A stretch of DNA of 30,341 bases from Ignavibacteria bacterium (GCA_041694835.1 JBGFRZ010000049.1:1-30341), one strand, 5' to 3'. Shown: positions 1 through 9,935, counted from the stretch's first letter. Notes: generated by a model from the letters alone, not told the origin. Program-made: numbers and translations.

Positions 1-120
1 CCTGAATGTTTCCTATATACTTTTGAAACTATATCTGTGCTCGCACTTGCGGCACTTGTATCTACCGTCTTTAAGCCTCCATGCCCAGCAGTGAGAACAT
101 TGGGGACATTGTCGTTTCAC
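1..120 (-). pseudogene. IS1595-like transposase N-terminal zinc-ribbon remnant (runs off the window start)
   Basis: Manual translation from GTG at 120 gives MKRQCPQCSHCWAWRLKDGRYKCRKCEHRYSFKSI, then TAG at 15-13, then ETFR. The CxxC...GRYKCxxC ribbon resembles IS1595-family transposase N-termini. The DDE core is not visible. Confidence 0.45.
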
Positions 121-244
121 AATGTCTTATTTTAGCATAATTTTAGTCCGTTTTCTTTGGCTATTACCAAATGTTAAATTCTTTTATTGCAAAATCAAGG
201 AGTTATAGAAACTAACTAAGTTGCCAAGTCGCTGAGTCGCTGAT

Positions 245-541
245 ATGTTTATAGCAAAAGTAGTCGGAAATCTTTGGGCAACAAGAAAGCATAAATCGCT
301 TGAAGGATTAAAACTCCTTTTGGTTCAGCCGATAGATGGAATAACCGGCGATGGCCGTGGAGATACGGTCCTCGCAGTCGAAAAGAATCTTTCCGCCGGG
401 CTCGGCGACATTGTTCTTGTCATGGATGAGGGGAACTCCGCGCGGCAGATTCTAAACGACAAAAAAGCCCCTGTAAGAACCGTGGTATGCGGCATAATAG
501 ACTATGTCTTATCAAACGGCAAGACGAAAAAATGGCATTGA
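245..541 (+). CDS. eutN: EutN/CcmL family bacterial microcompartment vertex (BMC-P) protein
   Basis: MFIAKVVGNLWATRKHKSLEGLKLLLVQP...AGLGDIVLV..EGNSAR...PV..VVCGIID matches the EutN/CcmL pattern. Confidence 0.88.
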   Translation: MFIAKVVGNLWATRKHKSLEGLKLLLVQPIDGITGDGRGDTVLAVEKNLSAGLGDIVLVMDEGNSARQILNDKKAPVRTVVCGIIDYVLSNGKTKKWH

Positions 542-604
542 TGTAATCCCCTGCCGCTCACAATCTCTTCCGAAAAATTTAAAATAAAATCGCACAGTGA
601 TATT

Positions 605-632
605 TTGACGCTGTTATTTTTTTTGATATACT
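605..632 (+). promoter_or_regulatory. Putative sigma70 promoter for the HD-tgt operon
   Basis: TTGACG (605-610), 16-nt spacer, TG-extended TATACT (627-632), 24 nt upstream of ATG 657. Confidence 0.5.
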
Positions 633-656
633 TATCCGATATAATCGCAATAAAGT

Positions 657-1310
657 ATGGTCAGTTTTGATGATATAAAGAGCAACAGGGAAATTCAGGT
701 GTATCTTAAAACCGCTGACGACAACTTCGCGGCGATAGGATACAAAGACCACGGCATCAGACACGCCAAGCTTTCAGCAGATGTTTCCGGACATATTCTG
801 GAGTCACTTGGATATTCCAAAGACGCATGTGAACTTGCTAAAATTGCCGCTTACCTGCATGACATAGGAAATGCGATAGGTCAGGAAGATCACGCTCAAA
901 ACGGTGCAGTGTTGGCGTTGAATTTGCTTGAAAATATACTCTCTTACGACGATATAATCAAAATAATAAGCGCCATAGGCAGCCACGAAGACAAGGATCT
1001 GGATCCGATAAGTCCAATATGCGCCGCCGTCATTCTTGGCGATAAATCCGATGTCCACAGGGCCAGAGTCAGACAGAAAGATATGACGAAGTTTGAAACC
1101 CACGACAGGGTTAATTATGCCTGCCTGAATTCACACTTTGACGTGGACAGCCGAAACAAAATTATCGCACTTAAACTCATCGTCGATGAGGATATATGCA
1201 CTGTCATGGAGTATTTCGACATCTTTCTTGCCAGGATAAAGTACTGCCGCAGCGCCGCTAAGTACCTTGGATGTGAATTTGAGTTTTACATAAACAATAC
1301 CAAATTATAA
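657..1310 (+). CDS. HD-domain metal-dependent phosphohydrolase (paralog 1)
   Basis: HGIRH...AYLHDIGN...DH...SH..ILGDKSD metal-binding motifs. Its stop overlaps the tgt start (TAATG). Confidence 0.85.
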   Translation: MVSFDDIKSNREIQVYLKTADDNFAAIGYKDHGIRHAKLSADVSGHILESLGYSKDACELAKIAAYLHDIGNAIGQEDHAQNGAVLALNLLENILSYDDIIKIISAIGSHEDKDLDPISPICAAVILGDKSDVHRARVRQKDMTKFETHDRVNYACLNSHFDVDSRNKIIALKLIVDEDICTVMEYFDIFLARIKYCRSAAKYLGCEFEFYINNTKL

Positions 1311-2452
1311 TGTCGGATTTTTTTAGAGTACTGAAAAACGACTCTTTGACATCTGCGAGAACCGGGGTTATAAAAACGTCGCGCGGCGAGATAAAAACTC
1401 CGGTTTTTATGCCTGTCGGAACCCAGGGCACCGTCAAAACTCTTAGTGTTCCCGAGCTCAAAAGCTTGGGCGTAGAGATTATCTTAAACAACGCCTATCA
1501 TCTCTTTTTAAGGCCCGGTATGGAAGTGATAAGGAATGCCCGTGGTATTCACTCATTTATCTCTTGGGACAAGCCCATACTTACGGATTCCGGGGGATTT
1601 CAAGTTTTTTCTCTGGCGCAGTTCAGGAAAATATCTGAAGATGGCGTCTTGTTCAGGTCTCACATGGATGGCTCAAAAATTTTTTTGTCGCCCGAGATAA
1701 TGACGGAGTTTCAGACGCTACTGGGCGTAGACATAATGATGTGCTTCGACGAATGTTCGGACTACCCCATAACTTACAAGAAGGCAAAGGACTCGATGGA
1801 GCTTACTTTGAGATGGGCGAAGAGATGCAAAGAAAAGTTTAGAGAACTTGAAAAAAATTCCCAACGCTCAACACTCAACTCTCAATTTCTTTTCGGCATA
1901 GTTCAGGGCTCTGTCTATTCAGATTTAAGGCGCGAAAGTGCGAGAAAAACCGTTGAGATGGGTTTTGATGGCTACGCCATAGGAGGGCTTTCCGTCGGCG
2001 AGCCAAGGAACGAGATGTTTGATGCTTTGAACGCCGTTATGCCGGAGTTTCCGGAACAAAAGCCCAGATACTTCATGGGTTTGGGCACACCCGAGGATAT
2101 ATGGGAAGCTATCGAGGCTGGCGTTGACATGTTCGACTGCGTGCTTCCCACAAGAAATGGTAGGAACGGGCAGGCGTTTACTTTTGATGGAAAAATAAAC
2201 ATAAAAAATGCGCAGTATCAAAATGATTTCTCACCTCTCGACGAAAAATGCGGTTGCCCCGCGTGCGGAAATTATTCCCGCGCTTTCATAAATCATCTGT
2301 TCAAGGTCAAAGAGTTTCTCGCCGGGCGGCTTTTGAGTTTGCATAACATTAATTTTTTGATAAAATTAATGTCAGTTGTAAGAGATGCTATTTCAAAAGG
2401 GGAATTTAAAGATGAAAAGGATAGGTTTATTAAGAGATATTCCGCCGGGTAA
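1310..2452 (+). CDS. tgt: tRNA-guanine transglycosylase
   Basis: TPVFMPVGTQGTVK, TDSGGFQVFSL, GIVQG, GGLSVGE, DMFDCVLPTRNGRNG, and a CGCPAC Zn site. Confidence 0.97.
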   Translation: MSDFFRVLKNDSLTSARTGVIKTSRGEIKTPVFMPVGTQGTVKTLSVPELKSLGVEIILNNAYHLFLRPGMEVIRNARGIHSFISWDKPILTDSGGFQVFSLAQFRKISEDGVLFRSHMDGSKIFLSPEIMTEFQTLLGVDIMMCFDECSDYPITYKKAKDSMELTLRWAKRCKEKFRELEKNSQRSTLNSQFLFGIVQGSVYSDLRRESARKTVEMGFDGYAIGGLSVGEPRNEMFDALNAVMPEFPEQKPRYFMGLGTPEDIWEAIEAGVDMFDCVLPTRNGRNGQAFTFDGKINIKNAQYQNDFSPLDEKCGCPACGNYSRAFINHLFKVKEFLAGRLLSLHNINFLIKLMSVVRDAISKGEFKDEKDRFIKRYSAG

Positions 2453-3524
2453 AAAAAGCGTATTTTTCATATTTTTTATAACATTGCTTTTTCTTGCCAA
2501 AGGTATATCGAAAGAAACGGCATCTAAAAAAATTCAAGAGTCCGAAGAAATCGCCAACATATATGCCGCTTTGAAAAGCCAGTCGGGTGATGTGAGGATG
2601 AGAGCGATTGAGATAATAAAAGCGAATCCTTCGAGATTTCAAATTTCAAGGTTAAAGCCGCTCCTTGAGGATAAAGACAACAATGTAAAACTGCATGCCG
2701 CCACCGTTCTGGCTATGAACCAGGATAAATCCGGGCAGGAATATTTAAGAACTCTCGCTTCAAGGAAGGTTGTAATTCCCGATGCTCCGACAGTCGTTGA
2801 GAGAGTAAAGTATTTCTCGGCCCAGAACCTTAAGATAAAGGGGATAATGGCCATAGGGGAAACCAGAGACACGGCTTCCATACAGACTTTACTTGATTTG
2901 ACAAAATCCGACGACCCGAGGGTTGTTGATGCAGCGTGGATGGCGCTTGCCAGGATGGGGAATAAAAAAGGAGCGGATGTATTTGTTTCCGGTTTGAAAA
3001 GCTCGGATCCGTCTGCCAGGGCAAAGTCGGCGGAAGTTCTCGGCGATCTGCGCGTAGCGGAAGCCGGATATCAGCTCAGAGGAAGATTGAAGGACTGGAA
3101 TCAGGATGTCAAACTCAGTGCAATAAAGAGTCTCGGAAAACTCAAAGACAGGGAGAGTTTACCCTCCTTGAGAGATTTTCTTGCGACTGCGAAGGAACAG
3201 TCGATTCGCGAGGCTGCGGCGAAATCCATCGGGTTGATAGGTGATAAAACAAGCGTCGAATTTTTGAAAAAATTTGTCGACGACGAAAACGGCGTCGTCC
3301 GCCTTTCGGTGTGCGAATCTTTGGCGATTCTCGGCGATTTTTCAGGTAAGGACTTCATAATAGCAAACATAAAGAAGGCGACGGAGAAAGAAATTCGCTA
3401 TCGTGCACTTCGCGTCCTCGTTTATTTCGATCTCACGAAAAGCGACATAGTTTTGCTCGAAGAGTTGAAAAAAGACCCTGATGAAATGATGGTTCTTGAA
3501 GCATCAAACGTCTTGCTTCAGTAA
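2412..3524 (+). CDS. HEAT-repeat protein with an N-terminal membrane anchor/signal
   Basis: Hydrophobic stretch VFFIFFITLLFLA followed by repeated D.d..VR..AA.aLG units. Start is uncertain (2385 or 2412). Confidence 0.8.
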   Translation: MKRIGLLRDIPPGKKSVFFIFFITLLFLAKGISKETASKKIQESEEIANIYAALKSQSGDVRMRAIEIIKANPSRFQISRLKPLLEDKDNNVKLHAATVLAMNQDKSGQEYLRTLASRKVVIPDAPTVVERVKYFSAQNLKIKGIMAIGETRDTASIQTLLDLTKSDDPRVVDAAWMALARMGNKKGADVFVSGLKSSDPSARAKSAEVLGDLRVAEAGYQLRGRLKDWNQDVKLSAIKSLGKLKDRESLPSLRDFLATAKEQSIREAAAKSIGLIGDKTSVEFLKKFVDDENGVVRLSVCESLAILGDFSGKDFIIANIKKATEKEIRYRALRVLVYFDLTKSDIVLLEELKKDPDEMMVLEASNVLLQ

Positions 3525-3586
3525 AAATAGTCCCACCATCCGACGAGACGCATGCCATGAGGCGGATGCTATATAAGGAGGATAAA

Positions 3587-3928
3587 ATGTTAGGTTTATT
3601 TAGTCAACCGGTTGTTTGTGCACAATCATCGGGCGGAGGGGATTTTTTAGGCGGGATATTTCCGATGCTGGTGATTTTTGTCATTTTTTATATATTCCTC
3701 GTTCTCCCGCAGCAGAAAAAAGCCAAAGAGCATCAGAAACTTCTAAATTCGTTAAAAAAGAGCGACAGAGTGCTTATGTCGGGCGGAATTTACGGAACGG
3801 TAACGAATGTAAGAGGCGATATCGTCGATGTCAAAATAGCGGAGAATGTTCAGGTGGAGGTTTTGAAATCGGCTATTACAAGCGTCATACGTCAAGAGGG
3901 TGCCATAATTCCGGAAGTCGTGAAGTAA
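3587..3928 (+). CDS. yajC: Preprotein translocase subunit YajC
   Basis: FYIFLVLPQQKKAKEHQKLLNSLKKSDRV...GGIYG. RBS AAGGAGG precedes ATG 3587 (the ORF track starts at 3557). Lies in tgt-yajC-secDF synteny. Confidence 0.95.
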   Translation: MLGLFSQPVVCAQSSGGGDFLGGIFPMLVIFVIFYIFLVLPQQKKAKEHQKLLNSLKKSDRVLMSGGIYGTVTNVRGDIVDVKIAENVQVEVLKSAITSVIRQEGAIIPEVVK

Positions 3929-3929
3929 A

Positions 3930-4274
3930 CCCCGTTAGAAATCCAATACCAAAGGCATTGGCGTTCCGATAGGTGAGATTATTGAAAAAGTTCTTCTACC
4001 ACACAAGACGCAAAAAAATGTGTAAGAAATTTTTTGCAACAAAGCACAAGTTTTGTAGTTGCAGACCTTGGTCTGCACAAGTGCACAAGGCACTGTAAAT
4101 CCCCCTGCTTCGCTTCCCCCTTTACAAAAGGGGGATAGAGGGGGATTTTCCGTGATTTCCAACTTTCGTGCTTTCGTGGTTCAAATCTTTTTTCATCTGC
4201 GTTTATCTGCGTCCAAAAATAAAAAAGGTGAGGTTTTTCAGTGGTCTCATAGGTCGGGATTATTTCTAACGGGG
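3930..4274. mobile_element. MITE-like element with TIR CCCCGTTAGAAAT / ATTTCTAACGGGG
   Basis: Perfect 13-bp terminal inverted repeats, flanked by TAAA (3926-3929) and TAAG (4275-4278). The non-coding interior is made of palindromic modules. Confidence 0.75.
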
Positions 4275-4308
4275 TAAGTGGAATTTTTATTTCGCAAACC
4301 TAAAAATT

Positions 4309-4974
4309 ATGTCCGACATAACGTTGGAAAAAGTCAAAGAGCACTTCCTTGTAAAAAAGTTCATAGAGCAAGCCAACATATATCTTGGTTCCATAGGTTT
4401 TACGGAGCACGGATTCAGACATGTAAGCCTTGTTTCGGCGATAGCGAAGAATGTGCTTGATCATCTGCGTTATCCTAAGGAAGTCTGCGAGCTTGCCTCT
4501 ATCGCGGGATATCTCCACGACATAGGTAACGTCGTAAACAGGAAAGACCACGGCCAGTCGGCTGCGCTGATTTCAATGAGGATATTAAACGAGCTTGGCG
4601 CAACGCCCGAAGAGACCGCTATGATAATATCTGCGATAGGAAACCATGAAGAAGAAGTTGGCGAGCCGCTGAACCCCATCGCCGCTGCTCTTATTCTTGC
4701 CGATAAATCCGATGTCCACAAAACAAGAGTGAGAAATCCGAGCCTGATAGCTCTCGACATTCACGACAGAGTCAACTACGCCGTCGAGAGGTCTTTCTTA
4801 AGGGTGGATAACGAGAAAAAGACAATATCGCTTGGTCTGACTATAGACACAAAAATATCTCAAGTGATGGAGTACTTTGAGATATTTATGACGAGGATGC
4901 TCATGTGCCGGCGTGCGGCGAAGTATCTGGGATGCCACTTCGAACTTGTAATAAACGAAAAAAAGGTATTGTAA
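4309..4974 (+). CDS. HD-domain metal-dependent phosphohydrolase (paralog 2)
   Basis: HGFRH, GYLHDIGN, LILADKSDVH and HDRVNYA. Colinear with 657..1310. Confidence 0.87.
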   Translation: MSDITLEKVKEHFLVKKFIEQANIYLGSIGFTEHGFRHVSLVSAIAKNVLDHLRYPKEVCELASIAGYLHDIGNVVNRKDHGQSAALISMRILNELGATPEETAMIISAIGNHEEEVGEPLNPIAAALILADKSDVHKTRVRNPSLIALDIHDRVNYAVERSFLRVDNEKKTISLGLTIDTKISQVMEYFEIFMTRMLMCRRAAKYLGCHFELVINEKKVL

Positions 4975-5056
4975 GAGCGATGAGATAGCAGCGAATTGCG
5001 AAGGTCCGATTCGTCATTGTTCGTTCGTCATTTTCAATTATAGCGGAGAAATCGCC

Positions 5057-6472
5057 ATGACAAAACTTCAAATCAAGCTTCTTGTGATAATTTTGGTGTT
5101 CGGCACATCCGTTTATCTTCTTTACCCATCAATAAATTGGATGTTCAGTTCCGAAGAAGAGAGATATCAGATGGAGCTAAAGCGCGACAGGATTCTCTCG
5201 AAAATTTTGAATTTGGGTCTTGACCTTAAAGGTGGTTCCCATCTTGTACTCGAAGTTGAAACTGAGAAAATGCCCGGGGAATCTGACATTTCCGAATCGC
5301 TTACAAGGGCGATTGAGGTCATCCGAAACAGGGTTGACCAGTTCGGCGTGACAGAGCCGCTGATAGCGAAACAAGGCGAAAGATGGATTGTCGTTCAGCT
5401 GCCCGGGGTGAAAGATCCGAAAAGAGCGAAAGAGCTTCTTGGAAAGATGGCGTTGTTGGAGTTCCGCCTCGTTGACGATTCGAGAGCCATAGTTGAAATA
5501 TCCGATAAGCTTCGCGAAAAAAGTCTTTCATTTTCGGATTTGGATAATAATCCGGAAATTAAAAGAATTATTCCGTCAGGATATGAGGTGTTTCCGGGCA
5601 GGGACAATAGATACTACTTGCTGAAAAGCACCGCTTCGTTGACAGGCGCATATCTTGTTAACGCGAAAGTTCAAATCGGAGGAGAATATGGTTTTCCATA
5701 TGTATCTCTTGAGTTTAATGACGAAGGTTCAAAGATATTCGCAAATGTAACCGGGGCGAATGTTGAGAAAAGCCTTGCGATCGTTCTTGACGGCGTCGTC
5801 CAGTCGGCGCCGGTAATAAAATCAAGGATACCGGACGGCAAGGCGATTATTGAAGGTAACTTTATGGAAGAGGACGCAAAGCTTCTTGCGATGGTTTTGC
5901 GGGCTGGTGCGCTTCCCGCGCCCGTAAAGATAATAGAAGAAAGAACCGTCGGCCCAACGCTTGGCGAAGACTCTATAAGAACAGGCGTCATATCCGCTCT
6001 TCTCGGCGGGCTCCTCGTATTTCTTTTTATGATAGTTTATTATAGGCTCAGTGGGATGATAGCCGATGTCGCGCTTGTTCTGAACCTGCTTATCCTTCTT
6101 GGAATAATGGCGTATTTCAGATTTACGCTTACTCTTCCGGGAATAGCCGGGATAGTACTGACTCTCGGTATGGCTGTGGATGCCAACGTTTTGATACTCG
6201 AAAGAATAAGAGATGAACTTAAAGTCGGAAAAACAATCAGAATCGCTCTTGATACGGGCTATTCAAGAGCGCTCGGAACAATCGTCGATTCGAATCTAAC
6301 TACTTTGGTAGCGGCTTTGTTTTTGTTTCAGTTCGGTACGGGGCCCGTCAAGGGTTTCGCCATAACACTTACGATAGGAATAATAATCAGCATGTTCACG
6401 GGCATATTCGTAACGAAAGTGATATATGACTACGCTTTTTCAGGCGGATATCTGAAAGAACTTAAATATTGA
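5057..6472 (+). CDS. secD: Protein translocase subunit SecD
   Basis: LGLDLKGG, RNRVDQFGVTEP, LRAGALPAP, VGPTLG, TLTLPGIAG, GMAVDANVLILERIRDE. Confidence 0.97.
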   Translation: MTKLQIKLLVIILVFGTSVYLLYPSINWMFSSEEERYQMELKRDRILSKILNLGLDLKGGSHLVLEVETEKMPGESDISESLTRAIEVIRNRVDQFGVTEPLIAKQGERWIVVQLPGVKDPKRAKELLGKMALLEFRLVDDSRAIVEISDKLREKSLSFSDLDNNPEIKRIIPSGYEVFPGRDNRYYLLKSTASLTGAYLVNAKVQIGGEYGFPYVSLEFNDEGSKIFANVTGANVEKSLAIVLDGVVQSAPVIKSRIPDGKAIIEGNFMEEDAKLLAMVLRAGALPAPVKIIEERTVGPTLGEDSIRTGVISALLGGLLVFLFMIVYYRLSGMIADVALVLNLLILLGIMAYFRFTLTLPGIAGIVLTLGMAVDANVLILERIRDELKVGKTIRIALDTGYSRALGTIVDSNLTTLVAALFLFQFGTGPVKGFAITLTIGIIISMFTGIFVTKVIYDYAFSGGYLKELKY

Positions 6473-6496
6473 GACAGTTGACGCTTCTCTATAACA

Positions 6497-6553
6497 GAGC
6501 ATAAGAGCACAAGGCACAAGAGCACAAGTTTTAACTTGCGCACTTATGCACTT
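6497..6553. repeat. Short octamer array (GAGCACAA-type) with an inverted arm between secD and secF
   Basis: GAGCATAA GAGCACAA GGCACAA GAGCACAA, then CTTGCGCA CTTATGCA CTT. Confidence 0.6.
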
Positions 6554-6567
6554 CGGAGGTAGGTCGG

Positions 6568-7473
6568 ATGGAGATTTTCTCTGAAACAAAGATTGATTTT
6601 ATTTCAAAACGGTATGTTTATTTTATAGCATCCACCGTTATGATTTTTGCTGGAATCGCGTCCCTTCTACTTAAGGGCGCCTCATGGGGGATTGACTTTA
6701 GCGGCGGCTATCTCCTTCAGTTAGGACTTTCAATGCCTGTCGAGATAAACGAGATGAGAACGGCAGTTGCTTCCGCCGTATCGAATTTTGAGATACAGAA
6801 CATCGTCGGAAGCGATGACATCATCATAAGAGTTGAAAAGACCGAGAAGGTCACTGAAGAGATGCTCTCCGCCATAGAATCGAAGGTGTTTGAGAAAATT
6901 CCAAACTTAAAAATCAGATGGGACAGAGTCGAGTATGTCGGACCCACTGTCGGGGAATTTCTGATAAGACAGGCGATGTATGCCGTTATTTTTTCACTTC
7001 TTGGAATTGTTTTATATGTTGCAATAAGATTCAAATCTTTTATGTGGGGCGCCGCCGGCGTTTTGGCTCTGGCTCACGATGTTTTCATAGTTTTTGGATT
7101 ACTCTCACTCCTTAACCGCGAGATAACCCTTACCGTTGTAGCGGCACTTCTTACGCTTGCCGGCTATTCGATTAACGATACAATAGTCATTTATGACAGG
7201 ATAAGGGAAAAAATGAAGATATTGCCAAAGGAGAAACTCTCGAATGTTATAAATATCAGCATAAACGATACGCTTTCAAGAACTCTGGTTACTTCCCTGT
7301 CGGCATTTTTCGTTGTGGTTGTTTTGTTTTTCCTTGGCGGACCTGTCTTGCACGACTTCGCCCTCGTGCTTATGGTTGGAATCGTTGTGGGAACTTATTC
7401 GTCGATATGCGTAGCTGCCCCGATAGTATACGAGTGGCAGACCAGAAAAGCGGAAGGCAGAAGCAAGAAATGA
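6568..7473 (+). CDS. secF: Protein translocase subunit SecF
   Basis: GIDFSGG, VGPTVG, ALAHDV, GYSINDTIVIYDRIRE, TLSRT, GTYSS. Confidence 0.97.
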   Translation: MEIFSETKIDFISKRYVYFIASTVMIFAGIASLLLKGASWGIDFSGGYLLQLGLSMPVEINEMRTAVASAVSNFEIQNIVGSDDIIIRVEKTEKVTEEMLSAIESKVFEKIPNLKIRWDRVEYVGPTVGEFLIRQAMYAVIFSLLGIVLYVAIRFKSFMWGAAGVLALAHDVFIVFGLLSLLNREITLTVVAALLTLAGYSINDTIVIYDRIREKMKILPKEKLSNVINISINDTLSRTLVTSLSAFFVVVVLFFLGGPVLHDFALVLMVGIVVGTYSSICVAAPIVYEWQTRKAEGRSKK

Positions 7474-7479
7474 GAAAAT

Positions 7480-8031
7480 ATGCCCAAAATCAAAAAATTT
7501 AATCTAAAGTTATCGGTTTACAGCATCCAACAGCAACTCAAGAAGGCGAAATACAATGTATGCGAAGAGACGATATCTGACATAAAAATAATGGCAGATG
7601 AACTGAGGGAAAAGCTCACCCCCGCCGTATATTTCCAAAACTTCACCGCAAGGAACAACCTCGGCATAGATTTTCCGCAGGAGGCTGTAGCGGCGAGCGT
7701 AGTGGTTTCTGGCGTCGGCTCGGGGGCGGAGGATTTTATAAACGCCTACAGCGGTTCCGATAAATATGAGATAGCGAAAGCGGTTCTCTATCAGGCTGTC
7801 GACGAAACGAAGAAATTTGCGTGGCGACTTATCGCCGGGGAATCAAGTGAGGAAAAAAGCGCGCTTTCCGAAAAAGTGACTATAAATGAGCAGGAAAAAT
7901 TAAATCAAATGAAGGACATACTTTCAAAAATAGATATTTATCCCTCGCAAAACGGGCTGAATCCAGCTTACTCTTTTGTGGAAGTCGCGTTTTGGATACC
8001 TGTAAAAAAGAAATCCAAAAATCGAATCTAA
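7480..8031 (+). CDS. Hypothetical protein, distantly like the methionine synthase B12-activation domain
   Basis: Tightly packed 183-aa ORF in the operon. The P(A)VYF / VVVSGVG / LNPAYS pattern is loosely like stand-alone MetH activation-domain proteins. The family call is tentative. Confidence 0.5.
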   Translation: MPKIKKFNLKLSVYSIQQQLKKAKYNVCEETISDIKIMADELREKLTPAVYFQNFTARNNLGIDFPQEAVAASVVVSGVGSGAEDFINAYSGSDKYEIAKAVLYQAVDETKKFAWRLIAGESSEEKSALSEKVTINEQEKLNQMKDILSKIDIYPSQNGLNPAYSFVEVAFWIPVKKKSKNRI

Positions 8032-8049
8032 GACAATATCATTTTATCC

Positions 8050-9294
8050 GTGCTTATCCGCCCAATATACAACATTGTGTACTTTATATTGCTTTTTGTC
8101 GGGGGTGGGCTTTTTCTTCTCATAAATCCCAGAAGGGCGGTAAAGGAGCTTAAAAAATCATTTTTCCAAAGAATCGGTTTCTATCCGAAGTTCAGCCGCG
8201 GAAAACCCGCTTTGATACTGCGATGCGCGTCGCTCGGAGAAGCCAAAATAGCGGCTAAAATAAGCGATGCCCTTAAAGATTACCCGCTCATAATTTCCGT
8301 GGGGACGGTTTCCGCGTACGAATACGCCGAGAAAAACGGCTTTGGCGATATCGTAGTTTTCACCCCTCCGGACATTTACCCTCTTACAAAGAATTTTTTC
8401 AGACATTTCAAATCTCAAAATCTCATTCTGATAGAAAGCGAGTTGTGGCCCGAGCTTCTGTGGTCGGCCAAAGATCTCGGCGTGAAGGTCTTCCTGGTAA
8501 ACGGACGGTTTTCAATGAAGACGGTGTCTGCGGTCAAAAGGCTCAGATGGCTTTTGAATAAAGTGGTAAAAAACGTCGATTATTTTTTCGTTAGATATCC
8601 GTCTGACAGAGACTCCCTTAAGTTAGTGAACGTGCCCGAAGAAAAAATAATGGTGACTGGAAATATCAAAAACGTTTATGAAACCCATATACCGCTGGCG
8701 GCAAGGGAGGATTTCGGATTAAAACCATCCGATTTCATAATCACCGCCGGGAGCACTCACAAGGAAGACGAGAAGGTGATAAGAACGGTATTTGGCGACC
8801 TGAAGGAGAAATACGACGATTTAAAATTAATAATTGTCCCGAGACACGTGGAAAGAGCCGACCGTGTTATGCGGACATTCCGGGATTCCGCCGCAATGAA
8901 TTTCGAAAGCGATAAAAGAGGGTTTAACACCGATAAAAAATGCCTTGTTGTTGAACGTTTTGGCGTATTAGACAAACTCTACAGCATAAGTGATGTTGTG
9001 TTGGTGGGCGGCTCTTTCGGCTGTAGAGGCGGGCAGGATCCGGTTGAAGCGGCTTACTTCTCGAAACCCGTCATATTCGGGCCAAATATGAAAAACTTTG
9101 CTTATGAATCCGAAAAACTTTTGTCTCTGGGCGCGGCGTTTGTTGTTAAAACCGCCGATGAATTGAAAGAAAGAATCGTACTTTTGAAAGAAAAGCCGGA
9201 GGTCAAAAAGAAAATGGGCGAAAACGCCAAAACATTTATAGAAACTTCCTCGAAGAAGAAGACGATTAATCGGCTCTTGGAAATGCTCAAATGA
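8050..9294 (+). CDS. waaA: 3-deoxy-D-manno-octulosonic acid (Kdo) transferase
   Basis: ASLGE, ESELWP, NGRFS, TGNIK, AGSTH, VPRHVER, GGSF..GGQDPVEAA, GPNMKNF. Confidence 0.92.
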   Translation: MLIRPIYNIVYFILLFVGGGLFLLINPRRAVKELKKSFFQRIGFYPKFSRGKPALILRCASLGEAKIAAKISDALKDYPLIISVGTVSAYEYAEKNGFGDIVVFTPPDIYPLTKNFFRHFKSQNLILIESELWPELLWSAKDLGVKVFLVNGRFSMKTVSAVKRLRWLLNKVVKNVDYFFVRYPSDRDSLKLVNVPEEKIMVTGNIKNVYETHIPLAAREDFGLKPSDFIITAGSTHKEDEKVIRTVFGDLKEKYDDLKLIIVPRHVERADRVMRTFRDSAAMNFESDKRGFNTDKKCLVVERFGVLDKLYSISDVVLVGGSFGCRGGQDPVEAAYFSKPVIFGPNMKNFAYESEKLLSLGAAFVVKTADELKERIVLLKEKPEVKKKMGENAKTFIETSSKKKTINRLLEMLK

Positions 9295-9935
9295 TGAAAT
9301 TATATTCTTTTATTGGCTGGCTCATAATATATCTTTTGTCTAAAACTATAAGGGTCAAAACCATCAACGACTCTTCATGGAAGGATTTAAAAAATGTCAT
9401 TTTCACATTCTGGCACGGCGAGCAGTTTATATTATGCCACCATCACAGGAATCAAAAAATAGCGATAATGACAAGCCTTTCAAAGGACGGAGAACTCCAG
9501 ACGGGAATACTTGGAAGATTTGGCTACTATATAGTCAGAGGGTCATCGTCGAGAGGCGGGGCCAGGGCCATTATTGAGATGAAAAATGCGATGAAAGCAG
9601 GATACTCGGCGGCTTTTGCCGTAGACGGTCCGCGGGGACCACTTTACGAGGTTAAGCCTGGAGTAATTTTCCTTGCCCAAAAGACCGGTTTTCCTATAAT
9701 ACCAATGAAGATTTTTTATTCGACAGCGATAATGTTGAAAAAAACATGGGATAAATATCGAGTGCCGCTCCCTTTTTCGACAGCGATTGTTGTCTACGGG
9801 AATCCCGTTTATATTTCGGGAGAACTTTCGGAAAGCGAAGTCAAGTCGAAGTGTGAAGAACTAAAAAGAACAATGTCAGGTCTTATCGACTTAAAGACAT
9901 GTAAATTTCAAAATAGACGGCGGTGGAAAAAATGA
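9291..9935 (+). CDS. DUF374 / lysophospholipid acyltransferase family protein (LpxJ-like lipid A acyltransferase candidate)
   Basis: FWHG, SLSKDGE, VRGSSSRGG, DGPRGP, TWDKYRVPLPF. Overlaps waaA. Confidence 0.85.
   Translation: MMKLYSFIGWLIIYLLSKTIRVKTINDSSWKDLKNVIFTFWHGEQFILCHHHRNQKIAIMTSLSKDGELQTGILGRFGYYIVRGSSSRGGARAIIEMKNAMKAGYSAAFAVDGPRGPLYEVKPGVIFLAQKTGFPIIPMKIFYSTAIMLKKTWDKYRVPLPFSTAIVVYGNPVYISGELSESEVKSKCEELKRTMSGLIDLKTCKFQNRRRWKK

Noticed and set aside
3929-4275. Integron attC sites suggested by the GTTAGAA / TTCTAAC cores
   Set aside because: The order is opposite to attC (which has RYYYAAC first), the spacing of 345-456 bp is too long, no integrase is present, and the TAAA duplications fit transposition better.
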